This document shows, one piece after another, positions 25,546 to 33,611 of a DNA stretch of 61,602 nt. The position numbers and the translations under genes are program-made. How positions within the stretch are numbered: the stretch's first letter is position 1; the number at the start of each line of letters is the position of its first letter. Below the pieces are notes generated by a model. The model was not told where the DNA came from and ran no database searches. It was given only the letters and a program-made list of their open reading frames with translations. The DNA is taken from IMG/VR virus record IMGVR_UViG_3300045988_170590; one strand, 5' to 3'. Origin of the DNA: a virus.

Positions 25546-25922
25546 TCGCATTTTATCATATGTCTTTTCTATTTGCAAGCCTTTTAACTGTCAATAATCC
25601 GTCACATATGTAAATCCGACACCCTCACCACTCACCCCTCACAGTCGCTTAACTACCCCCACCTACAACCTTACCTCTCCCCTTTCTACACCCACGCTCC
25701 CACTCACCTATTTACAATCTCAATGCTTTTTAAGTTTTTAATACTTTCTTCACTCTCTCAATTCTTTTTATCTCTATCTTCCATTTTCCCCTCTCCGAAA
25801 CTTTTTATGAACAGGAAAGAGAAAAATGCAGATATGCGCGGGTAACGGCTCTTTTTCGGCTTTCAAAGTCGGAAACCTACCCCGCCCGGCAAGGGCGCGG
25901 ACGGCTCGCAACGGCTGAGAAT

Positions 25923-25949
25923 GTTATAATAACTATAAATTATTATAAC
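25923..25949. promoter_or_regulatory. 10-bp perfect inverted repeat GTTATAATAA-ctataaa-TTATTATAAC (operator/promoter-like)
   Basis: Read directly. The left arm belongs to a 19-mer that recurs at 18937-18955. Confidence 0.5.
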
Positions 25950-26741
25950 GCATTTACACCAAAAACGGCACGCAGGCAAACACAAGCCGAAAACGCTTTA
26001 CACGTTCGGCAATGTCTGACAGTGCGGCAACCCGGCACGCCTTCACGCTGTGCGGGCTGTAACGGCGAACACCCCGAAGACATAAAGCATTAAAAAACAT
26101 AATTATAATAAAATAAATAAAATACGCATTAAAAAAAACGTAATAATATAAATAAAGACGTAAATATAAAAAGCATAAAAGCATTAAAAAAATATATAAA
26201 AGCGTTTAAGCATAAAATAAACGTTTTAAGGGTGTAAAGGCTTTTTATATGCTTAAAAGCGTTAAAAGCATTGAAAAAGCCTTTTATAATTGTAAAGGCT
26301 TTTTATTATATATATAAATGCTTTTATATAGTAAAAATGGGGGCGGCGGGTTTTGTAAAAATATATGTCAAACGTATGGCATATATAAAATATTTTAATT
26401 TTGTTTTTTTGGTACGGTTGCCGGGGCTTTGGGTTTCGGTTTTATTTGCCGGCGTTCTAAGTGTTGCGGACGGTCTCGGGCGTTGTTTCGGGGCTGTTTT
26501 TTCTGGTGTCGCAGACGGTGCCGGGCTGACGGCATAAAATAAAAAAATCGAAGGTAAAACCTCCGAATTTATTAAAAATAGTACAGTTGTATAATATTTA
26601 TTATAATTACTTATATAATACTATATTTCATAAATTATTATACATATGTAATATTTTCTATATTGCATTGATTCCCTTCACTTTTTTTTTGAATGATGGT
26701 ATAATATAGACAGTTAAAAGAGATAAGCAAGGAGGCAAAAA

Positions 26742-26888
26742 ATGGCGGATAAAATCAAACAACAGGAGGCGGACGAGATGACCGCAACGGAGGCAATTTT
26801 GCTAACGGTGCAACAACTCGCCGACAAATGCGCCACGCTCGAAGAGTTCAGAACAGCCCTTCGGGAAATAATCGCAAAAGGCGAATAA
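26742..26888 (+). CDS. 48-aa hypothetical protein (MADKIKQQEADEMTATEAILLTVQQLADKCATLEEFRTALREIIAKGE)
   Basis: AAGGAGG SD 6 nt upstream, an extended -10 (TGGTATAAT) about 45 nt upstream, and an inverted repeat (26894-26937) downstream. Confidence 0.55.
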   Translation: MADKIKQQEADEMTATEAILLTVQQLADKCATLEEFRTALREIIAKGE

Positions 26889-27081
26889 AAAAAAGTTTTT
26901 TCGGTTGCGTGTCTGGTAAACTGTGACCGAAAAAACTAAACGAAAAACCGCAAAATATAAGCGACAAAAGAGATCCGCCCCTTTTGGCGTTTGCGTGTTT
27001 TCGTAAATATAATAATCAATCAAAATAAAAAAGTCAAACGATTTTAATATATATAATATAAATTTTTCAGAGGTGCAAAAA

Positions 27082-27474
27082 ATGAGAACGACGAACAGCA
27101 AAACAAACATAAACACGAACGCCAAAAAAATAACGGCGTTAAACGTTTACGAGATTATCAAGAACGGCGGCGCGACACTTAACGCGGACGGCGTAGCGGT
27201 AAACTTTTCAAAGGGCTATCAGGTAAGCCGCCGCGACTGTTACCGAATCGCGACAGAAAAAGCAAACGAAATCGCCGCCGCGGTCAATGAGTTGTTGAAC
27301 AGCATAAGCGCGGGCGAGTTTGTCGGGCTTTGGAGCGATGGCGGGTTTGTTTATATTGATATAAGCGAAAACATTAAAAGCAAGAAAAAGGCGTTAAAAA
27401 TCGGAAGGGCGCGCCGTCAATTATCAATTTACGAATGGAAAACAGGCGCATGCCTCGATTGCGGGAGGGCTTAA
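27082..27474 (+). CDS. Hypothetical protein
   Basis: 130-aa ORF. AGAGGTG SD before the ATG at 27082. Confidence 0.65.
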   Translation: MRTTNSKTNINTNAKKITALNVYEIIKNGGATLNADGVAVNFSKGYQVSRRDCYRIATEKANEIAAAVNELLNSISAGEFVGLWSDGGFVYIDISENIKSKKKALKIGRARRQLSIYEWKTGACLDCGRA

Positions 27475-27476
27475 AA

Positions 27477-27536
27477 ATGGTTGAAGTAGTCAGCAAAATA
27501 AACGGTATAAAAAAAGAATTAAAAGTAATAGAATAA
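27477..27536 (+). CDS. Possible 19-aa leader peptide (MVEVVSKINGIKKELKVIE)
   Basis: Strong GGGAGGG SD 8 nt upstream. Followed by a GC-rich structured 140-nt spacer. Confidence 0.25.
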   Translation: MVEVVSKINGIKKELKVIE

Positions 27537-27676
27537 ACGCGCGAACAGTCGAAACGGCGGAATCTTTGAGGGGTTGCGCCGTCGGCGGTGGGATAGCCTC
27601 CCCGCCCTGACGATGACAGGCTGACGCGGTAAGGCGCGAGCGGTAAAACGCCGCACACGCGTAAAGGGTTTTTATT

Positions 27677-28042
27677 ATGAAATTTTCCCGATACAATCAA
27701 CCGAAAAGACACAACAGGCGCAACGAATGCCGGCAAGAGTTGGCGGGCATGGTTATTTTAACACAAAAAGAATATGAGCGCGAACAGAACGCCGAGGCGA
27801 TAGCGTTTGAAAAGTTTATGAACAGCGAAGGCGGCATATTTGACGGATTCGCATTTGTAAATCTTTTTCACGAGCATTTCGACAAGTGCAACGCGATTTA
27901 TACGACTGAAAGCAACGACACCGCCGACGCGATAACGCCCTTCGGCACGTTCCACACGGGCGCGGACGGTGTAGCCGTTTACTTTTTCAGCGAACAGCCG
28001 ACAAAACAAGTAAATTTTAATTGTAGCGTATATTTTATATAA
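27677..28042 (+). CDS. Hypothetical protein (start may be 27749)
   Basis: Co-oriented ORF. Both candidate starts have a weak SD. Confidence 0.5.
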   Translation: MKFSRYNQPKRHNRRNECRQELAGMVILTQKEYEREQNAEAIAFEKFMNSEGGIFDGFAFVNLFHEHFDKCNAIYTTESNDTADAITPFGTFHTGADGVAVYFFSEQPTKQVNFNCSVYFI

Positions 28043-28061
28043 ATTTTCGGAGGTTTTAATT

Positions 28062-29825
28062 ATGGAATACGCAATAAACAAAAACACAAATTTTAATAGT
28101 TTGGAAATCACCTTCGCCGGCAAGCCCGACGAACAGACACGCAACGCATTAAAAGCGAACGGCTACCGGTGGCACGGAGTCCGCCGCCTTTGGTACGGTT
28201 ACACGGACGAGCAGACGATCCGCGCCGCCCTTGACGGCGTAACAATAGAAAACGCGAACGAACAGACGGCGAGCGCGAAAACACCCGGGAGAACGGCAAA
28301 AAATCGTTTGCCGAGCCTTTGGGAGCGTTGCGACGTCAGCGGAATAAAACAGCACGACAAAAACAACTTGCCGCCCGTTAAGGACATCGCCGCGCTTTTG
28401 CGTAAAGAATTAAAAACGAGATTCCCCGAAGTAAAATTTTCGATTACTTCGACATATAACACGATCGACGCGTATATAAAGGCGTCGCCGTATGAACGCC
28501 GGCACATAATGAAAGACAGACGAACGGGCGAGCCGGACAAGTACGGATATTTTGAAGACAGCGACGAATTAAACGCCGTACAAGCCTATTGTAAAGCCCT
28601 TGCCGATTCTTGGAATTACGACGACAGCGACACAATGACCGACTATTTCGACGTGCATTTTTACGGCGGTTATTTTCAAATCTCCGGCAATTACGAACAG
28701 ACCGAGCCGACGGACGAACAGAAGGCGGATATTGCGGACTTTAAGAAAAGAAAAGCCGAAAAAGAAGAACGAGACCATGCGGAATTTTTGGCGCAATGCG
28801 AACGCGACAGAATACAGCGCGAAAAGGACGAGGCGGCGGCGCGTATACAAGCGCAGAAGGACGCAATCGCCCGCGAACAGATAGAGAAGGCGGCAATCGT
28901 TACGGATATACCCGAAAACGAAAGAAGAGTGTATTTTGACCTTGCGGAATATTGCAAAATATCGAGCCTTGACGACGGCGAAAAGTGGCTTGAAGAATAC
29001 ATAAAGGACGGCGAACAGTTGCCGCAGGTCGACGCCGTGGTGTCGCGCCGTGTAGACTTCAACGGCTATTCTGATAACGATAAAAAGATTTTTGCCAACT
29101 TCTGCCGGATGTTTATGTTTGATTTTACATTTTTACAGGGTAAAGGCGGACACGAAACAGCCGACGCGCGAGTGACGAAGGAAAATTACGAAAAATTGAC
29201 GAGCGAACAGCGTAAGGGCGTAAAATGGTATGATTGCGATTGCGTAGCGGTTTACAATAACGGCGTACTTCAATTTATTATCGACCCGGAGGGGTTTAGT
29301 TATGCTCGTTATATCTTGCAACTTCCCGAGGGTTTCGACGAACGAATCGACAGCGAAAACGCCGCCGAGTGGATAAACGCCCAAAAAGAAGAAACGAGCA
29401 AGCGCACGCCGTTCTATATCCCCGCGCCTGTCGGCGAACAGATAGCGCAAGCCTGTTTACAGCCGGGCGAACGCGTAACCGTTTTAACGGTTGACGGCTG
29501 GGTAATGGTGGCTCAGGAATACCGCGGAACGCTTGAAAGCATAGAGGCGAAAGCATGGGCGCAATATTCAGACGCGGGCGAAATAACGATAACGAGAGCA
29601 GGCAAAAGAAAGCCCGACGAGTTACACTTCCACCGGGGCGAGACGTTCGCATTATATCGCGGAATACTTCCCGAAGTGCCGAACAGCCTAAAATACGAAG
29701 AATCCTCCGGCGGTTTGCAACTCGTAAATTATGCAGGAGCAGGCGCGGACGGATATATTAAAAGCGTTATGAAATATTATAAAACGCTCGGATATACGCC
29801 CGTAATAGACTTGATAGCAAAATAA
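28062..29825 (+). CDS. Large multidomain hypothetical protein resembling polyvalent proteins of phages and conjugative elements
   Basis: 587 aa. GGAGG SD. The N-terminal LEITFAGKPDEQTRNALKANGYRWHGVRRLWYGY resembles the KP...R..LK..GFRW......W module seen in plasmid and phage proteins. Central coiled coil. Confidence 0.7.
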   Translation: MEYAINKNTNFNSLEITFAGKPDEQTRNALKANGYRWHGVRRLWYGYTDEQTIRAALDGVTIENANEQTASAKTPGRTAKNRLPSLWERCDVSGIKQHDKNNLPPVKDIAALLRKELKTRFPEVKFSITSTYNTIDAYIKASPYERRHIMKDRRTGEPDKYGYFEDSDELNAVQAYCKALADSWNYDDSDTMTDYFDVHFYGGYFQISGNYEQTEPTDEQKADIADFKKRKAEKEERDHAEFLAQCERDRIQREKDEAAARIQAQKDAIAREQIEKAAIVTDIPENERRVYFDLAEYCKISSLDDGEKWLEEYIKDGEQLPQVDAVVSRRVDFNGYSDNDKKIFANFCRMFMFDFTFLQGKGGHETADARVTKENYEKLTSEQRKGVKWYDCDCVAVYNNGVLQFIIDPEGFSYARYILQLPEGFDERIDSENAAEWINAQKEETSKRTPFYIPAPVGEQIAQACLQPGERVTVLTVDGWVMVAQEYRGTLESIEAKAWAQYSDAGEITITRAGKRKPDELHFHRGETFALYRGILPEVPNSLKYEESSGGLQLVNYAGAGADGYIKSVMKYYKTLGYTPVIDLIAK

Positions 29826-29953
29826 TAAACGAACAGCCGCCCTTCCCTGAAAGGCGGGGCGGCGAACAGATAATACGACGAACAGATAAAAAATAAAAAA
29901 TCGCGGTAAGACTTGAACCGAACAGGCAAGCACGCAAAAGGATAAAAAAAATT

Positions 29954-30490
29954 ATGTCTACTTGTAACTTTACTAATCAAAACGACTTCCCGCTTTTTGC
30001 GACTAAACACTTCGACGGCTATTATTACGAAGACGAGGACACGGGAGAAACGGAATATGTCGAAAATATCGACTTTAACGGTTTTGAACAGGCTCAAAAA
30101 CTCGTTGACGAGTTTAACGACGGGCTTAACTATTTTCAATTAAGGCTTGAATGTGGCTATTATAACGGCGTGCAAACCTTACTCGAAGATAAAACGGACG
30201 CCTACGGTTGCGCATATCTGACAAAATACTATTCCGCCGCCGATTGGAAGAAAGGACGCGCCGAAGAAAAAGCCTACTACGGCTATTACGATGATTTTGA
30301 TATGTCGTACTCCGCCAGAAAGAAAGCCGAACAGCGCGAACTTCACAAAATACTTAACTTTTGCCGAACAAAATTAAAAGACTTGTACGACTTTGACGAG
30401 TACGTTTGTACGGCGAGATTTTCTAACGGCGAAACACTGTACGGACTGGCAAGCAACGAAAGAAACCGCATAAAAGCAGCGATCGCATAA
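29954..30490 (+). CDS. Acidic, Tyr-rich hypothetical protein
   Basis: 178-aa ORF rich in D, E and Y. No family recognised. Confidence 0.6.
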   Translation: MSTCNFTNQNDFPLFATKHFDGYYYEDEDTGETEYVENIDFNGFEQAQKLVDEFNDGLNYFQLRLECGYYNGVQTLLEDKTDAYGCAYLTKYYSAADWKKGRAEEKAYYGYYDDFDMSYSARKKAEQRELHKILNFCRTKLKDLYDFDEYVCTARFSNGETLYGLASNERNRIKAAIA

Positions 30491-30502
30491 GGGGGCGAGA
30501 AT

Positions 30503-30655
30503 ATGAAAAGAAACGAACAGAAAATCAAAGCGAAAGCGGAATTAAACCTTCCGCTTTCGGAACGGGAACGCGCCCGCTACCTGCTTTTTATCGCGAACAG
30601 CGAGCAAGCAAAAAAGTTTATAGACAATGAACAGATACGGAGAACAGTAAAATGA
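30503..30655 (+). CDS. 50-aa hypothetical protein
   Basis: GGGGG SD. ATGA overlap with the next ORF. Confidence 0.5.
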   Translation: MKRNEQKIKAKAELNLPLSERERARYLLFIANSEQAKKFIDNEQIRRTVK

Positions 30656-30855
30656 ATATAAATTGCGAGAAAATCAATAAAGAAGTCGGAATCGGCGTAA
30701 AAACGCCGGCAGAGGCAATTAAGCACGCGCGAGCAAAAATCAATTACCTGTATCGCGACAATAAAAATCTTAACTCAATGCAATGGCAGGCTGTTTTGGA
30801 ACTGCAATCTATAATCAAAAGCATAGAAAATTATGAAGGAGAGAATAAACAATGA
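30652..30855 (+). CDS. Hypothetical protein
   Basis: 67-aa ORF translationally coupled on both sides. Confidence 0.55.
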   Translation: MNINCEKINKEVGIGVKTPAEAIKHARAKINYLYRDNKNLNSMQWQAVLELQSIIKSIENYEGENKQ

Positions 30856-31529
30856 ACACGGCAACGATTGAAAAATGTATTGAACTATTGAACACGGGCA
30901 AAATCGACGATTTACGCGACTTATTAAACTACGAAAGAGAGACAAACATATTAGCCTCGAAAGGTGTTAAAATGAGCCTTTTGAACGCTGTAAAGAAGAT
31001 TGTTTGCGATAACGGCTTAAAAGAATGGCGTAAAAATCTTTATATACAGCATACACCGGACGGAAAGCAGTTTATATGCGACGGCTATCTTCTCGTTAAG
31101 TGGAACGAAGAACAGCCCGAACTGAACGCATTGCCGCAGACCCCTGTGAACGAAAGCATCAACGCAAACAATATTTTACGCACAACGGCAAGTATGTCAA
31201 AATACGAACTCACCGAAAGCGATAAAATAATCGCCGAAAATATAGACAAGTACATAAAACTTTACAACGAAAAAAAAGCAAGAAAATTCCCGGTAAAGTA
31301 TTGTAACAAGTTTTTCGACGCGACTTATCTAAAAAGGGCTTTTAGTGTTATCGGAACAGACTTTGAACACATTCTCACAGGTAAGGATGGAAACTCACCG
31401 CTCCAAATCTATGAAACGAACTATTCGGCGGTGTTATTACCGATAAATATAAACACTATCAAAGACGAAGACAAAACGATAATCGAACAGAACACGCAAA
31501 AGTTTGTAGAACAGATAAAGGGGGCATAA
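30852..31529 (+). CDS. Second short DnaN (clamp)-like protein, distant paralog of 4661-5260
   Basis: WRKNLYIQHTPDGKQFICDGYLLV and the C-terminal AVLLPINI parallel RPILQYIQIK...AYALDGYRAG and LILPIRI of the other copy. Confidence 0.35.
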   Translation: MNTATIEKCIELLNTGKIDDLRDLLNYERETNILASKGVKMSLLNAVKKIVCDNGLKEWRKNLYIQHTPDGKQFICDGYLLVKWNEEQPELNALPQTPVNESINANNILRTTASMSKYELTESDKIIAENIDKYIKLYNEKKARKFPVKYCNKFFDATYLKRAFSVIGTDFEHILTGKDGNSPLQIYETNYSAVLLPININTIKDEDKTIIEQNTQKFVEQIKGA

Positions 31530-31532
31530 ATA

Positions 31533-31685
31533 ATGATAATCAACGCGATTTTAATCGACTCATTAGCCGCAATTACGACAGTGGTCGTTGCAATTTTCGC
31601 AACAACCTTAAACAAGGCAAAAAACGGCAAAAGAACAGCCCTTTGGGTAAAGAAGAATAAACAAGACGGAGGCAAACAGAAATGA
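31533..31685 (+). CDS. 50-aa single-TM peptide
   Basis: MIINAILIDSLAAITTVVVAIFATTL followed by a basic tail. ATGA overlap with the next ORF. Confidence 0.45.
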   Translation: MIINAILIDSLAAITTVVVAIFATTLNKAKNGKRTALWVKKNKQDGGKQK

Positions 31686-32035
31686 AAAAAGACATTTTCA
31701 AAACTTTGAAAGACTATTCCGCCGGGTATCACCGAACGGCAACGCCCGAAGAGAACAAAATATACGACGCGGAAGTCGAAAGAATAAAAACGCGTATACT
31801 TGCCGACATTGAACACACCCCCGAAATAATCGCCGAAGAGTTTTCTAAACTCTGGGCGACAGAATATCGCCGTTTGTTTTCGGGCGTATATTCTACATTT
31901 GCAACGACTCCCGAATATAAAGCCGTCGATAATGTCTATATGGCATTGCTTGACAGTAAGCCGTTAAAAAGCATTACCGTAACGCAATGTAATGCAGATA
32001 AAGGAGCAGACTATGCGAGCAATGACCGAAATTAA
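31682..32035 (+). CDS. Hypothetical protein
   Basis: 117-aa co-oriented ORF. Confidence 0.6.
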   Translation: MKKDIFKTLKDYSAGYHRTATPEENKIYDAEVERIKTRILADIEHTPEIIAEEFSKLWATEYRRLFSGVYSTFATTPEYKAVDNVYMALLDSKPLKSITVTQCNADKGADYASNDRN

Positions 32036-32216
32036 AAACCTAAAAGATAAATGCGGCTTGTTCCGTGAGTTTTGCAAAATCACCGACTTGAAAGACGGCG
32101 ATTATTACAGCGCAGTTGATTATATCGAATATTGCGACGGCTTAACTTTGGCACAGACAATAGAAATAACGCGCAAATACGAACCCGATTTTAAGCGAAA
32201 CGATTGTAACTTATAA
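32013..32216 (+). CDS. Hypothetical protein
   Basis: AAAGGAG SD before the ATG at 32013. 23-nt overlap with the upstream ORF. Confidence 0.5.
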   Translation: MRAMTEIKNLKDKCGLFREFCKITDLKDGDYYSAVDYIEYCDGLTLAQTIEITRKYEPDFKRNDCNL

Positions 32217-32237
32217 TAACGGATAAAGGAATGAAAA

Positions 32238-33185
32238 ATGAAGAAACAGCAATTTAACGAGATAAGCACGCAATACCTTCTTGCCCTACCCTCTATGAAG
32301 AAATCGGATAAGACCGTTACGGCTTATAGTTTGGCTTTCAGGAAGTTTTCGGACTTCTTGAAAGCCGACGAACAGATAACGCCTTTAACCGTCGTAAATT
32401 GGCGTTCAAGCCTTTCTATGAGCGGGATAAAGACGAACAGCGTAAGGCAATATATGATTTTCATACACTCATTTTTCGAGTGGTGCGTCAAAATGAAAAT
32501 CGAACAGGAAAACCCCGTACACCTTGACGAGATACCCGAACAGCAACGCGTTGAATACGACCTTTTAACTCTCGACGAAATCAAAAGCCTAATAACGAAA
32601 ACTCCGACAGGGTTAAACGGTAAAACGATAATCAGAAACCGCGCTATAATTGTATTGCTTTTGCAAGCAGGTTTGCGAAATACTGAACTTCGTTCGCTGA
32701 CCGTTGCCGACCTTGATTTTGAGCAAAACAGAATCACGGTACGACACGGCAAAGGCGACAAACAAAGACTTGTGGCAATGCCGAGAGTTGCAAAGGAAAT
32801 AATCGAAGAGTATCTTTCAAGCGGTATTCGCCCGGAATGGTGTACCGATAACGATTATCTTTTCGGCACGGATTCCGATGAAAACGGGAAAAGTACCAAC
32901 GGTAAAATTTGGAAACAATTCTCGTCACCAGCATTGCTTATGCTCGTTCATAGATACACCGAGCATTGTTGCGGGCATAGTGTAAAAACTCACGCATTGC
33001 GCCATGCTTTCACGAGTTTATGCGATATGAGCGGAATGCCGATGACCGAAATATCTCAAAATCTCGGACACTCCAACCCGCTCGTTACGGCACAAGTTTA
33101 CCGTCACATACTTAATAAAGACACGGCTATTCAGTCTGCCGTCTCGGCTATGGATAGATTTACGAACAGCCTGCAAGGCGCATAA
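32238..33185 (+). CDS. Tyrosine recombinase, XerC/XerD-like
   Basis: GLRNTELRSL (Arg), HALRHAFTS (HxxR), GHSNPLVTAQVYRH (His/Tyr). The N-terminus looks like a SAM-like core-binding domain. Confidence 0.85.
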   Translation: MKKQQFNEISTQYLLALPSMKKSDKTVTAYSLAFRKFSDFLKADEQITPLTVVNWRSSLSMSGIKTNSVRQYMIFIHSFFEWCVKMKIEQENPVHLDEIPEQQRVEYDLLTLDEIKSLITKTPTGLNGKTIIRNRAIIVLLLQAGLRNTELRSLTVADLDFEQNRITVRHGKGDKQRLVAMPRVAKEIIEEYLSSGIRPEWCTDNDYLFGTDSDENGKSTNGKIWKQFSSPALLMLVHRYTEHCCGHSVKTHALRHAFTSLCDMSGMPMTEISQNLGHSNPLVTAQVYRHILNKDTAIQSAVSAMDRFTNSLQGA

Positions 33186-33188
33186 CAC

Positions 33189-33217
33189 TTGACTTTCCGG
33201 CGAACAGCCGATATAAT
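33189..33217 (+). promoter_or_regulatory. Consensus-like promoter TTGACT-17 nt-TATAAT with a CGAACAG copy in the spacer
   Basis: TTGACT at 33189-33194, TATAAT at 33212-33217, and CGAACAG at 33201-33207. Confidence 0.6.
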
Positions 33218-33281
33218 TAAAACTACAAACAAATAGAAATCTTATAAGGCTTGACGAACAGCAAGCAAAGGAAGGAACAAA

Positions 33282-33611
33282 ATGAACCACGAAGAACTTA
33301 CAAGGATTGTCAAAATTGCAAACGTTGAACAAATCAGACAAAAAATGTTTGAACTCGGTTATCGAGACGCAAAACAAGATGAAAAATTAAAGGCGATCCC
33401 TTTTGTTACGATTATTCAATCGACTATCGATGACACCGACCAATTTTTATCCGATGACGAACAATATTGCTTTGACGGGCATAAAAGCATAAACAACGAC
33501 GTTGCATTCGGCGTTGAATTTATTACCATACAAACAATGGAGTATAATAAAAAACGTAAAATGTATATAACGAGCGGTTTCGATATTTACGCAAAGGAGA
33601 TTACCGCATAA
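33282..33611 (+). CDS. Hypothetical protein
   Basis: 109-aa ORF with a GGAAGG SD. Confidence 0.6.
   Translation: MNHEELTRIVKIANVEQIRQKMFELGYRDAKQDEKLKAIPFVTIIQSTIDDTDQFLSDDEQYCFDGHKSINNDVAFGVEFITIQTMEYNKKRKMYITSGFDIYAKEITA

Noticed and set aside
25200-25560. Phage tmRNA or a fourth canonical tRNA
   Set aside because: A T arm is present, but I found no matching acceptor stem with CCA, no anticodon arm and no tag reading frame. It is kept only as a generic structured-RNA candidate.
25954-26537. Track ORFs 25954-26184 (-) and 26271-26537 (+) as genes
   Set aside because: They are low-complexity translations of AT-rich repeats and compositionally skewed DNA. They lack an SD, and one starts at a non-ATG codon. 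They are more likely non-coding control DNA.
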